From Microcoleus sp. (GTDB lineage Bacteria; Cyanobacteriota; Cyanobacteriia; Cyanobacteriales; Microcoleaceae): a stretch of DNA of 64,000 nt. The position numbers and the translations under genes were made by a program. Every line of letters starts with the position of its first letter. The first letter of the stretch is position 1. Location of the stretch: positions 64,001 through 128,000 of the forward strand of contig CP181291.1 in the NCBI GenBank assembly GCA_052279835.1, written 5' to 3'. Of this stretch, positions 28,122 to 38,286 are shown piece by piece. Below the pieces are notes generated by a model that did no database searches, had not been told where the DNA came from, and saw only the letters and a program-made list of their open reading frames with translations.

Positions 28122-31100
28122 ATGCCTACTTTTGTTGAAAACATTGCCAGCTTTTTACCGATTCGTGTCTTAAATTGTTTGGCGGCCGAGACTACTCCTT
28201 TGGCTACTCCAGCTAGTAGCTCCTTTGAGGCCGCAGTATTATTTGTGGATATTTCTGGTTTTACTGCTCTTACTGAACGTCTAGCTCAAAAAGGTGCGAT
28301 TGGAGTCGAAGAATTAACGACTCATTTAAATGCTTATTTTGGTCAATTAATTGAATTAATAATCGCACATAAAGGGGATATTGTCAAATTTGCTGGAGAC
28401 GCTATGTTGGCGATTTGGCCGGCGCAAAATTTATCTTTAGATCTAGCGACTTATTGTGCGGCACAATGTGCTTTGGCGATTTTAAACGATTTGGGTAAAT
28501 ATCAAGCAGCAAATGCCCAGTTGCAATTGCATATTGGGATTGGGGCGGGTGAGTTAAAAGAGTTTTACATCGGTGGAATGAATGGTCGATGGGAGTATTT
28601 TGTGGCGGGGGAACCGATTGCTCAAGTGGCCCAGGCAGAAACTGCTGCTGGTATTGGTGAAGTTTGTTTGTCGCTGACTGCTTGGGAGTTGATTAAAGAC
28701 CAGTTTTTGGGAAAAATATTAGATTCAAATGTGGTGCTTTTGGAAGGGTTTAATCTGTTAAAATCTGTGGGAAATAGAAGGCTTTTAAATGTGCTTGAAC
28801 CTGCTCCGGTCGAGATTTATGATGAGATGCAAGAACGACTGGAAAGATATGTAAGTTTGGGGGTTGTGGATCGGTTAAAAGTCGGTCAAACTGCTTGGTT
28901 AGGAGAGTTGCGTCGCGTGAGTGTGATGTTTTTAAATTTGCCGGGGATGGATTATGATGCTGAGGAAGCTTTAGATTTTATCTCAACTATAATGAATGCT
29001 ATTCAAAATATTTTGCAAGTTTATGAGGGGACTTTAAATAAATTCTTGGTGGATGATAAAGGTAGTACCTTGGTGATTGGTTTTGGTTTGCCACCCTTTT
29101 CCCATGAGGATGATTCGGTGCGTTGTGCGATCGCGGGAATGGCGTTATTGGAAAAGTTAAGAAGTTTAGGATTGCAACCGAAGATCGGGATCGCGACTGG
29201 TATTTGTTACAGCGGTGTAATTGGTAGCGAGCAACGTCGAGAATATACGATTATCGGGGCGGTTGTGAATTTAGCGGCGCGATTGATGCAAGCGGCAAAA
29301 GACGGAATTTTGTGTGATGAGGGGACTTTTGAGTTCGCCAAATCAAGAATACAGTTTGAATCCTTAACTCCCATAAAACTTAAAGGTATAAAAGATGCCG
29401 TTCAGGTATTTTGTCCCCAAGGGGAGCTGCGTCAAGATTTGCCTTGGTGGATGGCAGAAAAAAGGCCACAGTCGATGGTGGGACGGGAAAAAGAACGGTT
29501 ATTGTTAAGGCGTAAATTAGAGGAGTTGAAAGCGGGTGTTTCTGGGGTGGTTGTAATTTGTGGGGATGCGGGAATTGGCAAGTCTTGTTTGATAGAAAAT
29601 TTGCTTTTGCAGGCGCAAGAATTGGGGGTGGGAAGTTTGGTAGGTACGGGAAATGCGATCGCTCGCTCGAAGCCTTATCATGCTTGGGACGCGGTATTTA
29701 GTCACTTGTGGGATTTGTCTTTTTTACCCGATCTAGAGGCGAAAAAATGTCAGGTTTTAGATTTATTGGAGGATGAACCGCAATGGTTGGAAAAAGCGGC
29801 GCTTTTAAATGAGGTTTTGGGTTTAGATTTGCCGGATACGGAGGTGTCGGCTGGGTTGGTGGGGGAGCAACGGGCGGCAGCGACGCGGGATTTGTTGGTG
29901 GAATTGTTGCAGGATTCGGTGAATCGCTCTCCTAAGTTGCTGGTTTTGGAGGATGCTCATTGGTTGGATTCGTCAAGTTGGGCGCTGGTTTTGGCGGTGG
30001 CGCAGAAGGTGAAGGGGTTGTTATTAGGGATTGGGGACAAGGCCCATGAGTGAGTCTGTGCCGGATGAGTACGATAAATTGCTGATGGTAGAAGGGGTAG
30101 AGCAGTTGCATTTGGAAGCAATGGCTGCTACAGATACCAGGGAGTTCTTGTGTCAGCGTTTGGGGGTAAACAGTTTGCCCGATCGCCTAGTGGAGTTAAT
30201 TGAGAAAAAAACAGAAGGAAATCCGTTTTTTAGTGAGGAATTAGCTTATAGTTTGCGCGAGGCTGGCGCGATCGAAGTTGATAACGGGGAGTGTCGAATT
30301 GCTGCGGGGGTTGGTAATTTGAACGAGCTAAATTTTCCGGCTACGGTGCAGGGGGTAATTGCTTCGCGGATCGATCGGCTTTCTGCTAGCGAACAGCTTA
30401 CATTGAAAGTGGCGAGTGCGATCGGTCGGTCCTTTGGATTTCAGTTGTTGCGAGATATTCATCCGATCGAGGATGATAAACCTGAGTTGCCTACTTATTT
30501 GATGAAGTTACAGCGGTTCGATCTTACCCCAATGGAGACGCCAGAGCCGGACTTGGGGTATATGTTTAAGCATATTATTACTCAGGAAGTAGCCTATGGT
30601 TTGATGTTGTATTCCCAGCGCCGCCAAGTTCATGAAAGTTTGGCGTTGTGGTATGAAAGAAGTTACGAAGAGTTATCGGGATTTTATGTAATTTTAGCCC
30701 ATCATTGGAGTAAAGCCATGGTGGCAGAAAAAGCAATTTTTTATTTAGAAAAAGCGGGGGAGCAGGCAGTGCGATCGCACGCTTTGCGCGAGGCGATCGA
30801 GCTATTTTCTGAGGCGTTGGAGTGGTTGGCAACTTTGCCAGATACGGTGGAGAGAAAAGAGCAAGAGTTGCGTTTGCAAATCGCTTTGGGTGCGCCGTTA
30901 ATGGCGATTAAAGGTTATGGTGCTGTTGAAGTGAAAAAAACCTACGATCGAGCCAGAGAACTTGGTCAAGAAGTTGGACAAGTATCTCAACTATTTTTTA
31001 TTTTAAATGGTTTGGCGTTGTCTTGTTTTAGTCAATCGGATTTTCCAGCTTCTATGGAATTTTGTAAGCAATTTGAAGCTTTAGCTGAAACTACGCAAGA

Positions 31101-32013
31101 GCAGCGAATGTTCCCCATAGTTGGTCATTCATACGGTTGTAATTTATTCCATTTGGGTGAATTTAATCAAGCGCGAACTTACACAGAGTTGGCAATAGAA
31201 ACTTACCGGGCAGAAAACCATGAGTTTTATATCGCTAAGTACGGGCAAGATCCAGCAATGGGTGGTTTTTTGTTTGACTGTCTAGCTAACTGGTTGTTGG
31301 GTTATCCAGATGTTGCTATCCAGCAGAGTGAAAAAATGCTTGCCCTAGCGCAAAAATTATCGCATCCGTTTAGCTTGGCTTATGCTTTTAACTGTAAGGC
31401 CTGGTTTGCTTTATACAGTAAACAAGTGACAAACGCTTTACAACAAGCCGATGCGTTAATGGCTGTGGCGGTTGAAAATGAGTTTCCTTTTTTTATCATG
31501 CTATCGAATTTTATTCGGGCTTGGGTTGCAATCCAACTCAATCAACCAGAAGCAGCAATTAATCAAATAGAAGAAACTTTAACAATGTGGAAGTCTGTGG
31601 GAGCAGTTTTAGCGAGGCACTGTCATTTAACATTCCTGGCAGAAGGCTATGGGAAACTCAAAAAACCGGCAGTGGCCTTAGAAATTTTAGCTGAGTGCAT
31701 TGATGAAATACAAAGGACAAAAGAGTGTTTCTGGGAAGCTGAAGTTTATCGCCTCAAGGGGGAGTTTTTGTTAGATTTAAACCGAGTTAAAGAGGCGGAA
31801 GAAAATTACTTAAAAAGTATCGATGTGGCACGTCGCCAAGAGGCAAAGTCTTTGGAATTACGATCTACTGTTTCTTTGTGTCGCTTGTGGCAACAGCAAG
31901 GCAAAACTCTTGAAGCCAAAGCTTTGCTGAGTGAGATTTATGGCTGGTTTACGCAAGGCTTTGATATGCCAGATTTAATCGCCGCACAACAATTGCTTGG
32001 GGAACTTTATTAA
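28122..32013 (+). CDS. Soluble-adenylyl-cyclase (ADCY10)-like protein: two class III cyclase domains + P-loop NTPase + TPR; split by a +1 frameshift at ~30033-30036
   Basis: C1 LFVDISGFT/IVKFAGDAML; C2 NKFLVDDKG/REYTIIGAVVNLAARLMQ; Walker A GDAGIGKS; Walker B LLVLEDAHWLD; EGNPFF; TPR tail. Removing one G joins ORFs 28065-30053 and 30031-32013 (…LGIGTRPM…). Confidence 0.85.
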
Positions 32014-32119
32014 AAAATTTGGAAGAAAAAGCAGAAGGGGAATTGAGTGCCTATAAGATAAAAACAACCAATTGGCTGTAGCCGAATAGCAGTATTTTGT
32101 TAACTAAATAAAAAAAGTT

Positions 32120-34360
32120 ATGAATCACAAACTAGAAGCGGTTTCAGGGATGTTTCCTAGATCTGTTTTATCAGCAAGTCGATCTGAATTTGGAGACGAT
32201 CGCGAGACGCAAAAGTCAAAACAACCTGCGCTAAAATTACTTGTGAAAGACGAGCAAAAAGTTCCTGAAGATTTGCATGGTCATGTTTTTATTATCGGGC
32301 CAGTGGGGTCGGTAAATTCTCCCAGTCAGCCTGGGACAGAAATTGTTTTTCCTGCCAGTGATGGTTCAACGGCTCTTTATAATGGCGATGGCATGGTTTA
32401 TCGCTTAGATTTTAACGATATTGCGGCGGGAGTAAAGTTTTATTCTGCATTGATGAAAACTCCCTGTTATTATGCCGATATTGCTACGTGCCACCAAAAA
32501 AAATTAAAATTTTACAATTTGGGAATTTTACGTTTTTCTGAAAAGTTTGGAGCGAGAAATCAGCTTAATACTGCTTTTTTACCGATGCAGTTTTCTGAAG
32601 AAGAAGGATATCGTTTGCTGGCAACCTGGGATATAGGCAGGCCTTACGAAATTGACCCTGAAACCCTAGAACTTATCACGCCGGTGGGGAGTAATTCCGA
32701 GTGGCGTGCGATGAATCCTTTAATGGCAGATTTGCCCTTTCAACCCCCTTTTCCTTTTCCTTTGGTTCAAGGTTCAGCCCATCCTTGTTTTGATTTTCAC
32801 ACAAAAGAAATGTTTACGGTCAACACGGGTAGGTCTTTAACGACATTTATCTCACAATTACGACCTGTAATTTATGGCGTATTGGATACGATAAGTTTGA
32901 TAAAACCTCACCCTCATGAAGATATCATTATCCAGCAACCAAGAGAAGCAGAAGAAGAGAAACAAGCAACTTCTGAAAACATTTTTGAGAAAATCATCGT
33001 TTTTTTCAATAACTTAATTTTGGCAATCTACAATTTGCTCCAAGCCTTCAATCCGTTTAGCAATTTCACCTACTTAGTGCGCTGGGATGGCAAAGGAAAT
33101 CTTCAAAGATGGCAACTGGTACAAGCAAATGGGTGTCCGATAAAAATTGAGCAAAGTTTACACCAATTTGCACTAACTGAAGATTATATTATCCTGATAG
33201 ATACGGCATTTAAAATGTTAATAGAAGAAATATTGCCTGCGGGAACGGGGAAAAAATATAAAAGTGTCGAGAAATTTTTAAGAAATTTAATAGACCGACA
33301 ACAATTAGCCGACAATCGCGTTTATATTATTCGTCGGGATGCGCTCAAACCTGACAAGAAAAAAGTTCGGGTGCAAAAAGTGATAATTCCTCGCGGTACA
33401 AATCATTTTATTGCCGATTACAAAAATCCCAACCAAGAAATTACGCTTCACATGGCAAATATGGGTACTTGGGATGCGGCGGAGTGGATTCGAGATATTG
33501 ACGAATCAGTGTTGACATCGAGCGAAACTGACAGTTTAGAAAAACTTTATGGCGTGATTATGGGCCCAACGGATATAAGCCGACTGGGATGTCATATCGT
33601 TAATGGAAAAACCGGCAAATTAATTCGCTCGGATTTGACTGCTTTATATGAGGATTGTAGTCAAAATAAATCCGACGAAAAACAAGAGTGTAAACCAGAG
33701 GACAATCGTTATTCTCAGTATACTTGGGGACCCGCATTATTTACTTGTGCCGATTCGTCACAACCTTTACAAGATATTTATTGGAGTTGTTTGGGATGTT
33801 GGCCGGAGTTACTCACAAAACATGGTTTGAAACTGTACAAAAACTATCAATATCGAGACGTACCCGAAGAGGAAGTTATTAACCTAACAAAAGAGGGAAT
33901 TCAATCGAACTTGCTTCGCTTGCATATTAAGCCTTTAGGAAGTATTAGCGAGTCGGAAAGCCGTTTAGAAATTCAAGATGTCTATCAGTTTCCGAGTAAT
34001 TCGTTTGGCACTTCACCGCAATTTGTGCCTCGTGCTGGTGGGACTGGAGAGTCAACAGATGGTTATCTTGTTTGTGTGGTACATCATGGTACTGATGAAG
34101 AAACAGATAATGGTAATGAAATTTGGATTTTCGATGCGGGAAATCTGAAACAAGGGCCAGTTTGTCAGCTATGGCATCCACAACTTAAACTCGGTTTTAC
34201 TGTACATACAACTTGGTTGCCAAAAATTGCTAAACGCACAGCAACTTACAATATTCCTGTTGAAGAAGATTATCGAGATTTAGTTGCACAGCAGCCGCCA
34301 GAAATTCAAGAATTATTTGAGAAGGAAATTTACCCGCATTTTAAATCGAAAAACCTCTGA
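32120..34360 (+). CDS. Carotenoid oxygenase / lignostilbene dioxygenase family protein (long form)
   Basis: DLHGHVFIIGP, YNGDGMVYRLDF, NQLNTA, GRPYEIDPETLE; four candidate Fe-ligand His (SAHPC, SLHQF, TNHFI, TVHTTW); SPQFVPR...DGYL. Confidence 0.85.
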   Translation: MNHKLEAVSGMFPRSVLSASRSEFGDDRETQKSKQPALKLLVKDEQKVPEDLHGHVFIIGPVGSVNSPSQPGTEIVFPASDGSTALYNGDGMVYRLDFNDIAAGVKFYSALMKTPCYYADIATCHQKKLKFYNLGILRFSEKFGARNQLNTAFLPMQFSEEEGYRLLATWDIGRPYEIDPETLELITPVGSNSEWRAMNPLMADLPFQPPFPFPLVQGSAHPCFDFHTKEMFTVNTGRSLTTFISQLRPVIYGVLDTISLIKPHPHEDIIIQQPREAEEEKQATSENIFEKIIVFFNNLILAIYNLLQAFNPFSNFTYLVRWDGKGNLQRWQLVQANGCPIKIEQSLHQFALTEDYIILIDTAFKMLIEEILPAGTGKKYKSVEKFLRNLIDRQQLADNRVYIIRRDALKPDKKKVRVQKVIIPRGTNHFIADYKNPNQEITLHMANMGTWDAAEWIRDIDESVLTSSETDSLEKLYGVIMGPTDISRLGCHIVNGKTGKLIRSDLTALYEDCSQNKSDEKQECKPEDNRYSQYTWGPALFTCADSSQPLQDIYWSCLGCWPELLTKHGLKLYKNYQYRDVPEEEVINLTKEGIQSNLLRLHIKPLGSISESESRLEIQDVYQFPSNSFGTSPQFVPRAGGTGESTDGYLVCVVHHGTDEETDNGNEIWIFDAGNLKQGPVCQLWHPQLKLGFTVHTTWLPKIAKRTATYNIPVEEDYRDLVAQQPPEIQELFEKEIYPHFKSKNL

Positions 34361-34550
34361 GTGTGAAGTGCGATAATGACAGAATAAAAAATCATATCGT
34401 TGACAGTTGCATCGTCAGGTGATTTAACCTTTCTAGAATACTCTTGACACAGAGTCCGAGAATAGAGATCTGAATACAGGAAGATGCTACCGGATTTGAT
34501 ATTATTCAAAAATCAGCTAGGATAGAGATATTAAAAATAGGTAAGCTACT

Positions 34551-34775
34551 ATGATCTCCACACTACCTATCATTCATAGTGACCCCGACATTCTAGGGGG
34601 AACTCCTGTGTTTATGGGTACTCGCGTCCCGATGAAGACCTTGCTTGATTATCTCGAAGCTGGTGATTCGCTCAATGAGTTTCTAGATCATTTCCCTAGT
34701 GTCACACGCGAGCAGGCTATTTCAGTTCTCGAATTGGCAAAGGAAATGTTGACTGCTTATGCGACTCCTGCTTGA
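34551..34775 (+). CDS. DUF433-family antitoxin
   Basis: HSDPDILGGTPVFMGTRVP...FLDHFPSV. Confidence 0.88.
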   Translation: MISTLPIIHSDPDILGGTPVFMGTRVPMKTLLDYLEAGDSLNEFLDHFPSVTREQAISVLELAKEMLTAYATPA

Positions 34776-35076
34776 TGAGTGTGTCCCGCGACCTCTAAAA
34801 CGTGAACTCACAGACTATGAGGTGCGAACTGTCGTAGAGATGGGATGGGCCGGTAAAAAGAATGGTGAATTATTGAAACTGATGATGCAGGAGAGTTTCA
34901 CCATTTTGCTGACTACGGATCAGAATTTACGTTATCAGCAAAACTTGCAGCAGGCTGGAGTTGCAGTCATTGTGATGGTCGCGCCCAGCAATCGTCTTCC
35001 GGATTTGCTACCACTAATACCCAGCGTTTGCAGCGCGCTGATTTCAATCGCTCCGGGCGAAGTAATTGAAGTCTAA
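34759..35076 (+). CDS. PIN-like toxin (DUF5615/VapC45-like)
   Basis: MRLLLDECVP...LLTTDQNL; overlaps the DUF433 gene. Confidence 0.82.
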   Translation: MRLLLDECVPRPLKRELTDYEVRTVVEMGWAGKKNGELLKLMMQESFTILLTTDQNLRYQQNLQQAGVAVIVMVAPSNRLPDLLPLIPSVCSALISIAPGEVIEV

Positions 35077-35283
35077 TCAAAGATAGTCGCTAGGTTTTAG
35101 TGTGTTACCAGACATTCGATCGCACTTGTTCAAGTTGCAACTATGGACTCGACAATGCCTCAAACCGCTCCAGCTACAGGATTTTGCCCCTAAAAGTCGA
35201 TCGCCCGCCACGAATCGCTAACTACAAATCAGCCCAAATCGCTAAAATTAAAAAATAGAGACGTAAATAGGCAGGCCCCGTCA

Positions 35284-35892
35284 ATGATCCCAACAGTTAT
35301 AGAACAATCCGGTCGCGGCGAACGCGCCTTTGATATCTACTCGCGACTCCTGCGTGATCGCATCGTCTTCTTGGGCCAACAGGTAGACTCAGAATTGGCT
35401 AACCTGATTGTTGCCCAATTACTATTTTTAGATGCCGAAGACCCAGAAAAAGATATCTACCTCTATATCAACTCCCCAGGGGGTTCGGTGACAGCAGGTA
35501 TGGGCATTTTTGACACCATGAACCACATCCGCCCTGATGTGTGCACCATTTGTCTCGGTTTGGCCGCCAGCATGGGCGCTTTTCTGTTGAGTGCAGGCGC
35601 CAAAGGCAAGCGGATGAGTCTGCCTCATTCCCGGATTATGATCCACCAACCTCTAGGGGGAGCTCAGGGACAAGCAACGGATATTGAAATTCAGGCTAAA
35701 GAGATTTTGTACCACAAACGCCGCCTGAACGGATTTTTGGCAGATCATACCGGTCAGCCTCTGTCGCGTATTGAAGAAGATACCGAACGGGATTTCTTCA
35801 TGTCCGCCGAAGAAGCAAAGGACTACGGTTTGGTAGACCAAGTGATCGATCGCCGTCCTTCTGCAACTCGCCCGATCGCCGCTGTCGTGTAA
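35284..35892 (+). CDS. clpP: ATP-dependent Clp protease proteolytic subunit
   Basis: [48 protein letters not shown]. Confidence 0.97.
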   Translation: MIPTVIEQSGRGERAFDIYSRLLRDRIVFLGQQVDSELANLIVAQLLFLDAEDPEKDIYLYINSPGGSVTAGMGIFDTMNHIRPDVCTICLGLAASMGAFLLSAGAKGKRMSLPHSRIMIHQPLGGAQGQATDIEIQAKEILYHKRRLNGFLADHTGQPLSRIEEDTERDFFMSAEEAKDYGLVDQVIDRRPSATRPIAAVV

Positions 35893-36078
35893 ATTAAAAA
35901 GTTAAACGCGAGCGCGATTTAGAGCCCCGACTTCTTGAAGGAGTGGGGGCTCTAAGTAGAAGGAAGAAGTCACCCCCCCCTGCCCCCCCCAAGGGGGGAA
36001 AAGAAGGAAGAAGGAAGAAGACTTATGCAGTCAGCTTTTCGGTCATCCGTATTTTACGTTTAATTAAGTGGATTTACT

Positions 36079-36152
36079 TAACCAATAACTAATAACTAAT
36101 AACCAATAACCAATAACTAATAACCAATAACTAATAACTAATAACTAATAAC
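36079..36152. repeat. Heptamer tandem repeat (TAACYAA)n
   Basis: About 10 units of TAACTAA/TAACCAA. Confidence 0.85.
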
Positions 36153-36270
36153 AAAGCGATCGCCCTTTTTGTTAAAAGAGCGATCGCCTAGTTTATTTAT
36201 TCACCTGGCTGACAACAGCCAGCCACTAACAGCAAATCTCAAGGTTAAAAAAAACCTTGGCTACCTCATT

Positions 36271-36789
36271 TTAGAAATCTTGCGGCAACAAAGAACTTAA
36301 ACGATCCAACAACGGATCGGATTCCCGACGAGGAGTAACCTCAGCATCAGCAACTACATTCTTATCTGCTACAGACTCCGGCTCAACCCTGTCAGGCTCT
36401 ACTACTTTGGAAACTTGAGCAAAAGAAACTTTAGCAAACTGGCTATTCACACTACCCTGCAACTGCGACAACTGCGTACTCAGTTGATTCATGTGATTTT
36501 GTAGTCCTTCCAAACGGCTTAATTCCTCAGCAGAAACATTGTGCTCGAACTCAGCAAATTTGACCGCCAGTTCAGCAATACGCTGTTCCAACCGCTGAAA
36601 GCTAGGTGTAGGACCAGCCGACTCAGACACCGACAAAAACTGCCACAAAGCTTGCTTGCAGAGATTGCTGAAAGTCTGATATTTAGTCAAAGCCAGCTCT
36701 TTTTCAATAGCGGCCAGCAAAGTTTGATCGGCTGCATCTTCCGTAAACGCCACCGAGAAATTCGCCTTATTTTTTGCCCAAAGTGCCAT
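36271..36789 (-). CDS. ParR-like adaptor of a chromosomal ParMR pair (CorR-like)
   Basis: 20 bp downstream of the ParM-family gene; RHH-like N-terminal part (SVAF...TFSNLCKQALWQFL), coiled coil, C-terminal amphipathic helix DPLLDRLSSLL. Confidence 0.7.
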   Translation of the reverse strand: MALWAKNKANFSVAFTEDAADQTLLAAIEKELALTKYQTFSNLCKQALWQFLSVSESAGPTPSFQRLEQRIAELAVKFAEFEHNVSAEELSRLEGLQNHMNQLSTQLSQLQGSVNSQFAKVSFAQVSKVVEPDRVEPESVADKNVVADAEVTPRRESDPLLDRLSSLLPQDF

Positions 36790-36809
36790 AGGGTTGAAGC
36801 CTTAATGCG

Positions 36810-37892
36810 TTACTTAATGGTGGCTAGCTGAGCCTCAGCATATATAAACTGTCCCAAAGCATTTGCTTTCCGAGAAGGTTGAGCCAAGTGAGCCTTGAGA
36901 TTAGCTTCTTTGAGCAAGGGTTGGAGAACTTCCCAGAAAAACTCGCCGCCCCCACCAGTCAGAACCACATCCGTCACCCGTTCTGGTAGCCACTGCACCA
37001 AACGCTCGGATAATTCGTTAGCGAAAGTCTCGCGCAAATCCTTAATAATCGGATCTAAATTAGTTGGCTTAGTAGCTCCTCTAGGACGATATAAACGCTG
37101 GCCTTCCGGCTTGTTAACCGCTTCTAGTAAAGACAGAGATTGAGCATCTGCCCCTGGAATTTTGGAGGCGACTTGTTCGTAGAACTTATTCATGGCGAAA
37201 GAATCGCTTTTAGAAGCAGCCCTAGCAAACCGGAAACGATCGACCATCAACAAATCAGTAGTTTGATGTCCGATATCGACTACAGCCACCGATAATTCTG
37301 GCAACTCCGGCGAAAACTCCTTATTGTCTTGAGCTTCGCACCAAATCAGACTGCCGAACCCTTCGGGCATCACCCAAACGTGGCTGATATTAATATCCAC
37401 GCGCTCGCCCCGGTAAACCATCAGGTGCGGAGAGCGCAGTTGGCTGACTATTTCTTCCTTTTCCTTCTCAAACTGATCCTGGGAATAAAAGGGCAAGCCT
37501 AGCACAACGGCTATGTCGCCTTTCATCTGGAAATATCCAGCACAGGAAAACACCTTAACTAAGGCATCTACTACTTTAGACTGGTCGGCGCCGCCGAGAT
37601 TAGCGCCAAAATCCGCAGCCAGTTGGCCGATAGCGTAACCCTTGCCCTGATACTCCAGCCACATATCCAACAGAGGGTCTGTGGCTTTCGACTCAAAGCT
37701 ACCGCCCCGTACCTTTTCTACTGGCATAGAAGCCACGTTGGCGGGGATAAAAATAACACCATTGGGATTGCGGCTCACGCAGGCCTTAGTTGCCGTCCGA
37801 CCCAAATCAGCACTAATAATCGATTTGTGAGAAGCGATCTTAGTCTGTTGCGTCAACATAGCCGAATTAGGAACAAGCTGTCTAGTTGTCAT
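36810..37892 (-). CDS. parM: ParM/StbA-family actin-like ATPase (chromosomal, CorM-like)
   Basis: Actin-fold motifs: ADLGRTATK (phosphate 1), VMPEGFG, VVDIGHQTTD (phosphate 2), LTGGGG (adenosine), ANALG. Confidence 0.88.
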   Translation of the reverse strand: MTTRQLVPNSAMLTQQTKIASHKSIISADLGRTATKACVSRNPNGVIFIPANVASMPVEKVRGGSFESKATDPLLDMWLEYQGKGYAIGQLAADFGANLGGADQSKVVDALVKVFSCAGYFQMKGDIAVVLGLPFYSQDQFEKEKEEIVSQLRSPHLMVYRGERVDINISHVWVMPEGFGSLIWCEAQDNKEFSPELPELSVAVVDIGHQTTDLLMVDRFRFARAASKSDSFAMNKFYEQVASKIPGADAQSLSLLEAVNKPEGQRLYRPRGATKPTNLDPIIKDLRETFANELSERLVQWLPERVTDVVLTGGGGEFFWEVLQPLLKEANLKAHLAQPSRKANALGQFIYAEAQLATIK

Positions 37893-38286
37893 TGAAACGT
37901 TTTACCTCACTGAGCCTCACCATTATCATGCCTTATCCCTGGACACTGCCACGCTTAAAGACAGTGGGTTTTGCCGCGATTTTTCTAACTTTACCTAGAT
38001 CGGCATTCAAATCAGCACCAAACATTATATTCGGGACGATCGCCTTTTATGAATTTTAGATTTAGATTCTAGATATTACGGGCTACTCCACGGATTCATC
38101 TGGGCCCTGTTGTCGCCCGGATGCTTGATTGTCAGTTTTATTTTCCATCGTCCTGACCATACCCTGTTGCCTGAGAGGCCATTGTTAAGTTACATTTAGT
38201 TAAGATTCTGAGTGTTAAGTTTGCTCCCACTCCTTCGACACCGCGATCTTACCTGATTTGTCCACAATTCTAGACCCTCATAATTT

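Noticed and set aside
36079..36152. parC centromere for the ParMR pair
   Set aside because: It lies downstream of parR and is the same kind of heptamer repeat found at unrelated intergenic sites in this window
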